From assembly GCF_009914755.1 (NCBI RefSeq), contig NC_060930.1: a DNA stretch of 64,000 nucleotides; one strand, 5' to 3'. The stretch's first letter is position 1, and every line of letters begins with the position of its first letter. The stretch is from the human T2T-CHM13v2.0 reference genome, Homo sapiens. Below are positions 13,226 to 25,649 of this stretch, one piece after another. The notes beneath the pieces were generated by a model. It was not told the DNA's origin. It searched no databases and saw only the letters and a list, made by a program, of their open reading frames with translations. The translations under genes and the position numbers were made by a program.

Positions 13226-13378
13226 CTGGTGAGCATGGGCTGCGGGGTCTCGTCCTCATCTGGGGTGTCCGTACTGGTGAGGGTGGGCTGGGGTGGTCTC
13301 ATCCTCATCTAGGGGGTTTCTGTAGCAGTGAGGGTGGGCTGCGGGGTGTCATCCTCATCTGTGGGATGTCCGTGCTGG
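13225..13378. repeat. Short diverged tandem repeat, ~3 x 50 bp
   Basis: gtgag..tgggctg.gg.g..tc.tcctcatct repeated three times. Confidence 0.85.
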
Positions 13379-15739
13379 CCATCACCGAGTTGAGCACTTC
13401 CCATCCTGGAGTCTTGGCCACAACCCTCACATACAGACAAAAGTCGATTTGGGTCCAGCGGCTCTTTCAGCACGTGGTGCCAACCTAAGACATGAGGCCT
13501 CCTGCTGGAGCTCCAGGAAACTCTAGTCTCTGCCCTCCTCTTGCATCCGTAGGATCGCTGGGCTGCTGCTGGGGCTTGGCAATCCTCAGAGACCTTGGAC
13601 TTGTCTGCTTGGAGATAAGGCACAGTCATTTCATCTCCAACTGCTGCCAAGCCCTGCTGGCTGGCAGGACATTTGGACTCTCTCTCCCTGGGTTTTCCCA
13701 GGACAGAGGTTACAGATCCTTCAGCTCTTAGGCTGATGTCACTTCCACTCCTTGATCTCAGCTTACAGGAAAGGTGGAGAGAAAAGGCGATCAGAGCAGA
13801 GTCCCTTTCTGAAGACACACTTGGTCCTCCCCTGCCTGGGTCTGCAGGGGTCAGAAGCATTTCCATAGCAGTCATTTTCATACAGGCCCTGGCTCCCATT
13901 AGGCAACCTTCCTCTTTGGAAAACCCAATAGCCAGGAATTTAAAAGGCAGGACTCTTTTCTCTTAATTTTCTCCTGAAAAACCCTTCCCTGAGGCAACCA
14001 GACCCAGCTGCTGCCCAAATAGGAAGGAAGGTCAGAATTGACAGGAATTCACAAGGAAAGAGAGCATAGGTTTATATTTCAGGGTATCAGTCATGCGGCC
14101 ATGGGATCAGATTTGGAACTCTGTGATTAAGCTAATTTCTGGCATTAGGCTCAATCCCTCTGTGACAGAGAAGTGTAAAATTGTCAAAAAATGAGCATTA
14201 TTTTAGCAACACAATCCTGACACTATGAGAGGGAGAAAACTGGGTTGGATCAAGTATTCATCTTACCCAGTAAGCCATTATAACTCAGGCTTTTGATGCA
14301 TATTTTGGGCTGTTATTCATCAAGGTGGTCAAAGTCATGAAGAACTGTATGTTATTCTATAATATACTTTCTATATTAAGTCTGTTCAGATGATACCACA
14401 TTTTCTACATCACTGATCCATTAAAAAAAAATCTTTCTTTGAATGCCTCTTGCCACTAATCAGGCTATGATATTCAGTTTTTGAGATAGGTTAACAAATT
14501 GAAAACCCAGCTTTAAATGTTATGGTAGTTTAAAAATAGAAGTGTTTTACTTCAAACTATTCTGAGTTGCTGCTTAGAGCAATAAAAATGTACTTTATAG
14601 CTTGTTAACCTAGATCTCAGGGATATCCGTTCTACAATAATGGAAGTAGATTTGTTTACTGTCTAAATCAGCCTTGTCAGAACAATGCTCTCCAGTGACT
14701 TTTTAAAGTCAGAGTAAACCAATACATTCTGTCTTCTGTGATTATACAGCATGGCATGGTGTTCTCTTGTATACTTGTGTTTTGAATATGAGTAACAGTC
14801 TTTAGCTGACTTTAGCATTTTGGAGAAATCTGTATATGTGGCTTCTACTTATATAAGCATCTACCAAATATATTAACTGAGTTTTATAGTCCGGTTATTT
14901 TCCATTTCAGTTACTTCCAAGACTCTTCGATATGCACTTACATACTTCATACTCATTAAATGAAGATATTGGAAGCTACCTTATTTTGAGGTACAGCATA
15001 AAGCACCAGCAGAGCTTAGTTACTACACATTTTAGCACAATCTCCTGTAAGTTACTGCATGCTGCAAAAGAGCTGAATGAGTCAACAGACATTGTAATGG
15101 TGATGTGTAACTCATAACCTGAAATAAACTATGTCAAATCGATTAGAAAGGTCTGAGCACATCTGGAAAATTGGCAGGTAATTTAGAAAGAAATGACTAG
15201 TTATTAAGAACTCAGGCCAGTTAAACTGGGAGATTAAAATGTATTACATTGAGAGACTATTGCCATCAATTGCCATTTGTTATTGAACATAAAATGCAGC
15301 CTAGTTTTGAGACTCAAGTGATGAACCCTTCCCATGGGTTCTTTCTACCTTTCTACTGGTCCTCAAAAACAAGTTAAAGCAAAAAAGATTTAAGTGATAA
15401 AATGTGTTTATGCCTCTTGGATGTATACTTTTTTTTAATCTAAGGAAGAAACCTTATGATATGATATGATGAAACCATCCTCTCTGGATTCTAATCCTAA
15501 GTAAATACTGACCAGCTGCATTAAGAAATTTTCTGTTTTTTTCTCCAGATCTTCAAATGCTCCATTAAAAAAAGAAAGTTTGTTCTAGTGTTTTCCCATC
15601 AGCATTTACCTACTCTTATGTACCTTCACCACAATCAAAACTGTTTTCCAGCCCAAACTTGGCCTCCAGGCCCTCACTGCTCTAGAGCCAGCCCCTCCTA
15701 ATGGTTTCGCTCACACTCAGCGCCTTAGCTTCCCCTCCT

Positions 15740-18003
15740 CAGGGTCACTTAGAGAAGGAAATACTTCTGCCTCTTTGTACCACCTCCTGCCAGAAAGGAG
15801 ACCCCGCACTGTACCTGATTCTTTGGGTCATAGGAACAGCATGTGCCCCACGTGGGCATTCTCCTCAGTCTTTATATCACATACCCTGTGAATCAGCATG
15901 CTGGGGTAGGACCCCAGGGTGGAAACTGTTGAAAGCCGTCCAGCAGGCAATGAGGTATGCTCTACCCTGGAGGCCTGGTAACCTTCACGACCCCCTTGAG
16001 CTTCAAGTCTCTGTGGCTGATGGTTTTAATGATAGGAGCCCAGAAAGGGAGGCAGCTTCCACCCAGCTGCACCCCTCGAGGTCTTGTGCTCCCTGACCGG
16101 GCCATCAGCTACATCCTTTTGCAAAGCAGCCATCAGCTTATGATGGGGTCTTGCTAAGCTGAGTGCCTGCTCCAGGAAAGCCTTGTGATGCTCATACGTG
16201 GTCCGATACTTGTATTTGGGGTGAGCCAGCTTAGGTTTAACGACTAAAGGACAGGAAGAGCCCGGCAAGCCTTGCTTGTGAAATGGACACGGTATATCCA
16301 GGAACACACCCAGTCTGACCCCAGCAGCACTGCACTTTACATGGAAAGTTAGCAGCTATCCATTATTCATTTCAACTGCAATGCTATTGCAGTCAGGCAG
16401 TGCAGAGAGACAGCAGTTTTCCCTTATCCAAGTGATCTTGAGAAGGGGAAGTTGAGGCACTAAGTAGAAGGAAAACCCTTAGGGAAGGTTGGCTCTAAAG
16501 AGCAGGAAATTTATCCCTCCCTCATGCACCTGAAGCAAGCTGGTGCTCAGTGGGACCCACAATTCATAGAAGTTCCCTAAATGCCTGGGCCTGGTTCAGT
16601 GATGATTTGGCTGAGCTGAGACCTGGGAGTGCTCTCTGGCTTGCTGCAGCCATTCCATCTCAGCTCCAATGAGACAGGGCCAAAGATGGACCTGATTCTC
16701 CACCCAGTGGGCAGAACTCAAGGCCATTCTCAGCTATAACTGCTACTTCCCTTGGTAATCCCTGTTACATTCTTCCCAACTCTTAGGCTGTTGCCAATGG
16801 CCTAGCTATTTGGTTTGCCACCTGAAAAAACCAGACAAGCAGATAAAAGGCACCTCTTTGGGGGGCTGTAGACCATGGAAACAAATCATGCATGGAACCA
16901 TGTGGGTCACTCAGGTACAAGCCCACAGTGTGGACCTGTTTCGATGAGACCAACTGGAATGAGCTGCTGATCCAGATGGCACTGGCCACATAACCACCAG
17001 GCTGCCTGAGTTTACCTTCATACTGGGCATTGCAGCACATCCCCCATCACAACATGAGCACAAAGGAAACCCAGTTTCTGACACAGAGCTGCCACTCACT
17101 GCATGCAGGTGTTTTATAGTCCGGTTATCTTCTGTTTCAGTTGGTGTCTCAGGAGGCCACACTTCCCTGGGCAAGGCCCCCCCTGCTCCTGGAAGACTGA
17201 CTACGTTGGACCCCTGACCTCCACTCAGGGCTGACACTGTTCCAGGCTATGTTGTTACTGTCCCAGTCTGGTCAGCCAACTTCAGCCACACCACCAGTCC
17301 GCTTGGTTCTTACTTTCTGTTTGCAGTCTGACAATGGAACACCTTTTGTCAAGGAAACCACTCAGGAGTGGACAGATGACCTTCCATGCCATTGCCATCC
17401 ACAGGCACCAGGCATTGTTGAGCACTGGATCAGTCTCTTCAAAAACTGACTCAAAGACATCTGACTTTGGTCTCCTCCTGGTCACACGCTTGACTAAGAC
17501 ACGTTGTTCACTGAATGTAGCTGTTCCAGAAAGGGACCATCTTCTCTTGGCTGCTTCTTGAGTAATGACCAGAATGAAGGGGCAAGGAATCATCTAGATC
17601 TATTTTGAAAATTTGATAACCTTTCCTGATCATTCCTGGACATGAGGCTTCTCTCTTTACCCTAACAACTCCCCCAGGCCCACGTGGTTAGTGCACCCCC
17701 GTGAGCCCAGCGCGTTCTAGTCTAATTCTGATGCGACCACCTGGATGCTCATGCCGCATTGCCATGGACTGAGATAGGTGGGACAGGGACCACTGGCTGA
17801 GAGCTCCGCCCCCTGACCCCCCTACAGTGGTTCACACAGGCCAAAATGGTGGCCGTGACAGGCCTCTGTAGACTTTATTAAAATCCTCTGTGCCTCTTGC
17901 ACCTGACTGTCCAGATGGAAAGTCGGGAGTGAGCAGGGGCATGGGGAGCAAAGTAAAGCTCCAGCCACTGACATAGGGCACACTAATTTTATTCCAGTGG
18001 AGG
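15740..18003 (+). mobile_element. Decayed class III (ERV-L-like) endogenous retrovirus pol: RT connection/tether, RNase H, integrase
   Basis: Recognisable peptides across frameshifts: LKAVQQAMRYALPWRP...DPLELQVSVADG; GRARQALLVKWTRYIQE; WAWFSD; QWAELKAIL (16705); AVANGLAIW (16787); WKTDYVGPL (17190); LQSDNGTPF..ETTQEW..HPQAPGIVEHW (17321 on). They are collinear with ERV-L Pol motifs (VQAALPLGP..DP..LEVSVAD, AVANGLAGW, WQVDYIGPL, SDQGTHF, GLIERWN). Confidence 0.9.
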
Positions 18004-18211
18004 GAGAAGAACCACCTCAGCCTCAGGAGCCTCGGCCCACACCCCAGAGAACCACCTCAGCCTCAGGAGCCTCGGCCCACACCCCAGAGAAGAACCACCT
18101 CAGCCTCAAGAGCCTCGGCCCACACCCCGGAGAAGAACCACCTCAGCCTCAGGAGCCTCGGCCCACATCCCGGAGAACCACGTCAGCCTCAGGAGCCTCG
18201 GCCCACACCCC
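18004..18211. repeat. Minisatellite, 5 copies of a 40-43-bp unit gaga(aga)accacctcagcctcaggagcctcggcccacacccca
   Basis: Directly visible near-identical copies. Confidence 0.97.
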
Positions 18212-18237
18212 TCTACCTCCACTAAGAGGTAAGCGGG

Positions 18238-19230
18238 GTGAGGGCTATGAATGACCTTTTTCCTTTACTGTCATCCCTGGTGTCTGTCTTCCTTGTGAAG
18301 GAAAATAACTTGGTGCCGCTCACCCAAACTATTACAAGCACCTTAACTGACTGCTGGCTCTCACATCGTCACCAGGCAGCTCTGAACACAGCTGGACTGC
18401 CATTGCCCTTAACTTACCGAGAAATTTTTGGAAACAGCAGGGGAGGGCCTCGGCTCGACTGGCAGTGTGGACAGACAGGGCAGGGTAAATGGATGGCTCT
18501 CAAACAGTCTCTCCAAAGCCGAGAAGGACTTCACCCAGTTGCTCAAACTGAACTGGAAACGGTGCGTTTTACCAGCAGATCAGGAGGCTACATTGTAGTG
18601 ATTGTCAAAGTGCACTTCTCAGTTCACACTGGTCCCAACAGTCAAGGAAGCCCAACTTGGGGGTGCCAGCAATTGTAACCCACACTCTGTTTTCAGAGGC
18701 ACCACGCGTGCCCCAGATCTACACTCCTTGTATGGGAGGGAGTCAGGTACTAAGTTGCTTTTCTTCCCCAAAACGTGCTTTCCTTTCCCCTTACACCTTA
18801 TGGATTCTCTTGAGAATGGAAGTCGACACCATCGATAGACCGTGCAGCACTCCGACGGCTATGCAGATCGAAAACAGAGCCGCCGTGCTTACCCTCACCC
18901 TGTGGGCAGTCAGATATGATGGGAATCACCCAGTTAGAAAGATGGCATGGAATCTGTCCCTGACTTCAAATGAAGTAATCAATGGTATTGCCCTGGAAGG
19001 CAAGCAAGTCAGCCTCCACTCACCAGCGAGAGTTGTCAGGGATGGTAGCATTGCCCCAGACTCACTCTTAGTGGCACAATCAATCACGAACTCAGTCATT
19101 CATACCTTGGGACGTAAAGAAATGACAGTGAATGGCAGTAACAAAGGCACACCACAGCAAGGGACCCAAGCTCGGCGCACCATTGTCCTTTTTCATTCTG
19201 GTTTTGCTGAGCTGCTGTTGCTTGGCCTTG
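18238..19230 (+). pseudogene. Decayed retroviral env (gamma-type TM) of the same provirus
   Basis: SU-like start LFPLLSSLVSVFLVKENNLVPLTQTITSTLTDCWLSH; TM heptad GITQLE/KMAWNLSLT (frameshift ~18938); ISD-like QVSLHSPARVVRDGSIAPDSLLVAQ, compared with the family pattern SL.SLA.VV..NR.ALD.LLA.QGG; hydrophobic remnant near 19180-19230. Confidence 0.75.
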
Positions 19231-20205
19231 CACAAATGCTGACTGGGAGTAGTCTGAGACCTGGAGTGGGACACACGTCCTTCCCATGACTAAAACTGCT
19301 GATGAATATGATAATATTTCTACACTAGCCTCCCTCAAGCCCAGAACCATGATCTGGAACAGCATTTGCATGGAGCACCAAATTACAGGCCTTAATCCAA
19401 CAAGTATTTCTTGATTATACGACTTGATTCCAGGTTAGACAGATGGAAAAATGCTGATAAATATAAAACATGTCTTGCTCTCTAAAAAATTATAGTTTGG
19501 TTGCAAAAGTAAGACCAAGTTGACTAAGATATAATGGTCTTTTGTATCATTATGTGATCATTTGATCATTGTATCATTATTTGATCACCAAATTATATGG
19601 GGCCAAAAATAACACAAAATTGGGAAAGAGATTGTAATCACTGAGGGATGAAAAAAGGCAGTCAGGTTTTGAAAAAGAGCTCTATTTGGGTGCACGCCGA
19701 GCCTGCCTGACTGTCTACAAATGAAAATCAGGCCAATGCCTGTGGCCTGCAAGGCTTCTCGATATTCTAAGGTGACATGGATTGCATGTTATTATGCAAT
19801 TTTTAAAAAAATGGTAGAGCCTCTGGATGAACGTGTTATAATTAGGTTTCCTTTTGTTGATTTGGAACTCTTTCTGTTCATTGCTGTGTGAAACACGCTT
19901 GTGGAAGGAATTATGCCAGCTTTGCATAGTGTGCATTTTTAGAGAGAACATTTTCATTGAAACAGAATCAGAAATGTAACAACGAGTTGGGTAGAAATTT
20001 GTCATGATTCTTGTTGGCATATATTATTGTTGCTAAAGGCATTTATTAAACTTAATGAAAGTGTTCATTAAGAACACTGAAGATTATAATGCTGACAAAA
20101 ACACCAAAAAAAGTCATTCTACTACATTGAAGATTAAAAATAAATAAGCTACCCCATCAAACCAAATAAACTATAACTTTTAGGTAATTATAAAATACAA
20201 CTTCA

Positions 20206-20434
20206 CCTGCCTGGGCAACATGGTGAGATCCCCGTCTCTACCCCCCCGCCCCCAAAAAAAAATTTAGCCATGTGTGGTGGCATGCGACTGTGATCTCAGC
20301 TACTCTGGAGGCTGAGAAGGGAAGATGGCTTGAGCCCAGGAGGTCAGGGCTGCAGTGAGCAGTGTTCGTGCCACCGCACTCCAGTCTGGGTGACAGAGTG
20401 AGACCCTCTCTCTCAAAAAAAAAAAAAAAAAAAA
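20206..20434 (+). mobile_element. 5'-truncated AluJ
   Basis: Right arm with poly-A; TSD aaaatacaacttca on both sides. Confidence 0.92.
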
Positions 20435-22109
20435 TACAACTTCAAATGAATGAATACTATATTTCAGGTGATAATTCCTAATAATAAAAGCAAAATATTA
20501 CAACTACCCAGCATAACTGTCTATCTGTGATCTTTCACCCAAAGCTCATGGCCTTTGTACCATTCTGTGAATTTCAAGGTTATCAAAATATAGGGAATGT
20601 TAACTAATGGTCTAACATTTCTTAATCTTTACTTTGTATCAAATGGGGCTATTACTTAAATTCTTTGTATGTTTTAACGGTTTCTTATGAAAGCATACCT
20701 TCTTCACCCAGCCCGATCTTGACAGTAATGCCTAACACTAAACAAGTCAGTGTTGAGTTGTTTGTTTAATCTCTCCAAATATGTTGGTTTAAGACCTGTA
20801 CAATTTGAAAATAAAACCTGCAATACTTTTTACATATGAATAGCAATTTACTTATGTCTGAAACCTTAGCAATAACTGCACAGAGAGCATCCAACAGTCT
20901 TAATTGGAGTTATCTGATTATTACTCACAGGATACCACAAGCTCTAAGAACATTTACTTTACACTGCTGGTGTTCTGGTCACCTCCTCGGTGAATTCACT
21001 GCTCCCTTTGCCCAAGTCGAACAGTTTCTATTATTTGTAACTTTTTCTTTGTAGTGTTTACTGTGAAGATAGCTGAATGTTTCAGCCAGGCTTTTTTCTT
21101 CTTTTACAGAATAATATTGTTCATGATCAACACAGATTCTACAGAGTGTATTAAAAAAATAGTCATCAAAAGCTTGATTGCTCCCAGCAGCCTTAGATCA
21201 GGCCTGTGTAGAGAAGGATTGACCATGAAGCCGAAAGGATCACTGATTGCCACCACACCTTCCTCAGCCCTGAGAGGGGCCTAGGCAGGGTGGTCACATG
21301 GCCATGTGTTCTTGTAAAATTCACAAACGTGAGATCGTTTGGCCACAGTCCTTTGTTACTGCTGCCTCTTTCTACCCTGACTTCACTCCAGCACATTCTC
21401 CTGCTGTTTAGAGGAATTGGAGTGGGGCTTGGCAGCTTCGGGATCTAGCTGGGGGAACATTGATTTGGAAAGACATTGAGTATGAGTTTAGAATGACACA
21501 TTTTGTGGTTCACGCTTACTGCGGACTGTGCTGACTTACCAGGAGTTATTATGTGAAGGTCCAGGGATAATTTCTCCGTAAGAACGCATCCCACGGTGCT
21601 GGCAGCAGACCCACGAGGGTGGTAGAGGAGAAACAAGATTGGAAATGTCTGGAGTCACAGGCAAATCCGTGGTAAAATCTTGGATGTGTAAGAATTATAA
21701 AATGTATAGGCTACCTGGGAAAACTATGATAGGAAGGTTGTGTTCTCATCAATAATGCAGGGTATATTATAAACGTATCCATGTGTTCATTTATTTTTTC
21801 ATGTGAATTATATGAAACATGTATCAGAATTTTTTCCTTTGTATGACACAATCTGTAGCAATTTAGTAAGCAAGCGGTCTGTGTGTGAAGGTGAATGTCT
21901 TATGCCTTTTAATATATTGGAACAGGTCTTAGTATATTTGATTATTTTGTTTCAAAGCCATCTGGCAGGTCCAAACAGCACATGTGTCATTCCAAAACCA
22001 ATAATTTATTATGAGAAGGAAATACATTTTAAATAGAAGTAATGAATAGGCTCTCAGGTTATTAGACAACTTAATTAATGAAGAGAAGTGGTGCATACGA
22101 ACCCATTGG

Positions 22110-22530
22110 GAAAATACTTGAATTTCTTGCTTCCTTGACAAAAGTTCTGACATCAATGAATATAATCTGATCTAATCTGCCAATGAGCCCCTACAACAAG
22201 GAACTAACGATAAACTTGTTAATGAGTGTCAGCAATTCAAAGAGAGTTTAAGATTAGTTCCTGGGCAACAAAACTTGAAAAACCTAGTATTCTTATTGCT
22301 TGCATGTGAGAGAAATTTGGAATTCCCCAAAAAATGTGCATGATATAACCAACAACAAGTCATGAAGCTGAAAGTAACTTTTTCAAACTTCAGTACTAAA
22401 AGAGAAATTTAGATCAACTATGCTGCTGGAAAGACTGGATTATCTTTCTGCTTTTTTCTTTATAAAATGATAGTCATAGTTTCGTATTCTTTTTTCAAAG
22501 AGCACCCCCAATTGTGCAAGCCTCAAGCCT
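22110..22530 (+). mobile_element. hAT-Tip100 (Zaphod-like) transposase C-terminal remnant
   Basis: Translates piecewise to LVNECQQFKE...EAESNFFKL..KFRSTMLLERLDYLS, matching the hATC dimerisation motif (ER.FS.L..IK...RSTM..ERL). Confidence 0.7.
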
Positions 22531-23654
22531 GAGGAATTTGCACTCATCAAGTACCTGTGCCTGATGCGTTCTTTCCAGAACTGAAGTCTCATTGATAGGT
22601 GAGGTAATGCGATCCCAGCTGGTATAGAGATTTATTCCTCCAGGGAGTAGACAGTGAATTTATCCAGAAATGAATGTGTATACGTAAGAAAAGCTGTTCA
22701 TACCAAGATTTACACACCTATGTTCCATTAAATGCAAAGGATGTGGTTTCATTTGATAATCGCTTCTGGTTGCCATCTTGGTAACGTTACACTGAGGTGC
22801 TGGAGAGGTCTGTAGCCATTTAGGGTCTTACCTTCAACTATTCTGTGTATCTGTTATCAGGGAATTTCTTCATTTCACGCTGAGCACCAGTGCTGTATTA
22901 GTGAGTGGGGTGTATAGTTTGTTGGCATGCACGGACTTCTGGTCCTATAAGCTTCAGGCTGCAGAAAGGGTTTAGCCCTGGACCATTCTGGGATGCGTCG
23001 TCAAGGCTGGTGCTTCTGCGGGAGGCAGGGCACTCAGGGCTTTCATGCTGCAATGGGGGAGTCCCATGGAAGCCAGAACGAGGTGGTCACCCTGATGTGA
23101 AGGAATCTGCAGAGGCAGGAAGAGCCCTGAAGCTAGCTCCACGTTCCCCTGTCCATGTCTACATTCACAGACACTTTCCCAACTCTCCAGGAGAAGCAGT
23201 GCAGAACGTTCTGGAAAGAGAGTGAAGTTTTGCCCTCCTAAGACTAGGTTTCTGATGAAAGTAGGACCACTGAACTGTAGGCAGCTACAGGATAGGGCCT
23301 GTCTGTTCTTCACCAGTGTAGCCTCAGCCGCGAGCACAGTGTGGAGCTGCTCACAGATAATGAAGACAGATGGTGCTAAGCGGAATCTCCTCTCTGCTGA
23401 GTGGGTTGCTGTAGTGGAAGAAGCACTGAAGAGTCCCAAGCGTAGGTTGAACTCCTTGAGTATGTCCTGAGAGACTGGGGCAGCCTGAGTCTCTGCGCGC
23501 ACCAGCCTTTACACTGAAGTGAGATTCTATGTAAGAATATACCTTGTCTACCGGAATGCACCACAGGACTGGATATTGTTATGGTAAAATATTTTAGTAA
23601 AGGAAAAATAATGCCTAAATACATATAGCCTTTCAGAAATTTTCACACAATGGA

Positions 23655-23910
23655 AGTGCTGTGGTGATTATGAACACAGGCTCTGGAGCGATATTCCCTG
23701 AGTTCAATCCTGGATCTATCTGTTATCAGCTGTGTGACCTTGGGCAAGTTGCTTAATCTCTCTGTGTCTATTTTTTCATCTGCAAGTGAGGATAATCATA
23801 GAACCTACCTCACAGGGATATTGTAAGAATTAAATGAGTTCACACAAATACAGGACTTAAAGAGTGTCTGTCACTTAGGAAGCACACAATAAATATTAGC
23901 TATTATCGTT
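23655..23910 (+). mobile_element. MIR (near full length)
   Basis: ggctctggag...gctgtgtgaccttgggcaagttgcttaatctctctgtg...acctacctcacaggg...aataaatattagctattat. Confidence 0.9.
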
Positions 23911-24949
23911 ATGGTCTTCGTTTTACTTTATTGATGCCTAAAGTAATTTTGAACTAAAAATTGTGATTAAAATTTTGTTTTGTTTCAGAGATTTGGAATT
24001 ACTGTCTAAATCCACCAAATCTTGATAAAATATTACAGGGAAAATAGAAGTTTGGGTAATGTCCCTATTTCATTATTTAGTATCTAGACACATTATTTAA
24101 CTGATGTCTAATATGAACACTTATAAACCAAAGAAAGTGAGTTTAAATTTCACCAGGTGTTAAATATAAATACCTGTTTAATTCCGAGGGTGGTTATATC
24201 CTAGGACAAAGAGCTATCAAGGTTATATTGTAGTACACCAACTCTGGGAGATGAGGGCTTGAGTAAGTCTCTAGATACTTCTTTTTGTGTGCTGAGGGGT
24301 TTTGCAATTCTTTGGCTGTCACAGCCCTGTGTAAATTTTTGAAAATTAATGACAATTTGCTGGTAGTGGCCAGGTGGTGTGCCAGGGGAGAAAGAGGAGG
24401 TTAGAGGGAGATGCAGTACACTCTCACCAGGCAGTGTGAAGACAGGAGAGCTGGCATAGATGAGGCTTGGTAACAACCAGAAACCACGGGGGGAAAGCAG
24501 CCTCCCAGGAATGAGTCAGGGCCCAGAGGACGTCTCACCTTTCTAGGATCTGTGTGGCTACCGCTTCGGCACCACCTAGGAGCTGTCAAAATTGCAAGAT
24601 CTCCAAGCCCGTGCCGGACCTTCTGAGTGAGTTTGTGTTTTATTCACCCCCACTGAGGACTGTGTGCAGGTAGGCATTCGGGAAGCACCGGGCAGGAAGC
24701 TGTCCTTCCATCCTCTCTTCACCTCTGCCCTGGCTCCTGCCGTCCTCTCTGTAAGGAAGGTCTTCCTCCCAGCCAGGGTGAGGCTGAGAGCTTTAGAGCC
24801 CTAAACACTGAGAAGACAATATGCAGATGAAATGTAATGAGGGCCTGAGCTACAGGAGTCACTTGGCATGGCAAGAAATCACTGGATACGAGTAATATTA
24901 AGATATTCACATTGTGAAACCTTGTTGCCCCGGGGAGGATAAGAAAAAG

Positions 24950-25080
24950 CAGCTTACGTTTATTGAGGTATTTACTTTCATTAGCCCCATCTTACAGGAG
25001 AGGAAACTGAAGCTGGAAATGAAATAACCTGTTCCAGGTCTGAGCGCAAGGAAGAGGGAAGGCCAGGACTCCTGGCTTTG
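24950..25080 (-). mobile_element. MIR fragment
   Basis: ccccatcttacaggagaggaaactgaagct core. Confidence 0.65.
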
Positions 25081-25199
25081 GGTCTGCACCCGTCACCGTC
25101 ACCGCTGTGCATGCAGAGGATGAGGGGAAGGTCAGGGAGCTGCAGGGAGCAAAAGGGTCTGGCTGTGGGGAAGGGCGGGGGAGAGAGAGCCAGTTCCTT

Positions 25200-25311
25200 A
25201 TGGTCAGACCGGAACATCGTAATGCTCCCTCGAGAACTGATGCTCTGGTATCAGAGCATGGTCAGGCCGGAACATCGTAATGCACCCTCGAGAACTGATG
25301 CGCTGGTATCC
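25200..25311. repeat. Two-copy 58-bp tandem duplication
   Basis: atggtcag(a/g)ccggaacatcgtaatgc(t/a)ccctcgagaactgatgc(t/g)ctggtatc occurs twice. Confidence 0.95.
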
Positions 25312-25649
25312 AGGGAGGATCGGTAAAGGAACCAACACGCACATATGCACTCACAATGCTCACGGATGTCACGCAGCAGGACCTGGCAGGGCTGGCCTCT
25401 GCTTACAGAGGCCGACGTTCCCTCGCCCTGAGACATCAATTTTACTCCATCTCTTCTTGCCTCAAACTTTCCATATCCGTCCCCATTCTACCCTCACTTC
25501 TTCAACCTGTGATTCCTAGGTGATTCCTACAAGGAGACGTGATAGCGTGCAAGACTCAACTCCCGTCTTCAATGAACTTACGTTTCAATGAGAATGTATG
25601 GGTCTATGGATACTTCAGATAGTCTCATGTGAACAATCTTACCACCTGC

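Noticed and set aside
13180-13966. Cluster of 79-196-aa ORFs
   Set aside because: Partly MST LTR and tandem repeat; GC-rich chance ORFs with no recognisable homology
18238-19289. Possible intact domesticated env (syncytin-like)
   Set aside because: Frameshifted, CX6CC absent, ISD degenerate and far shorter than a complete env
22905-23502. 106-aa (+) and 176-aa (-) ORFs
   Set aside because: No recognisable domain, bias or splice context; consistent with chance
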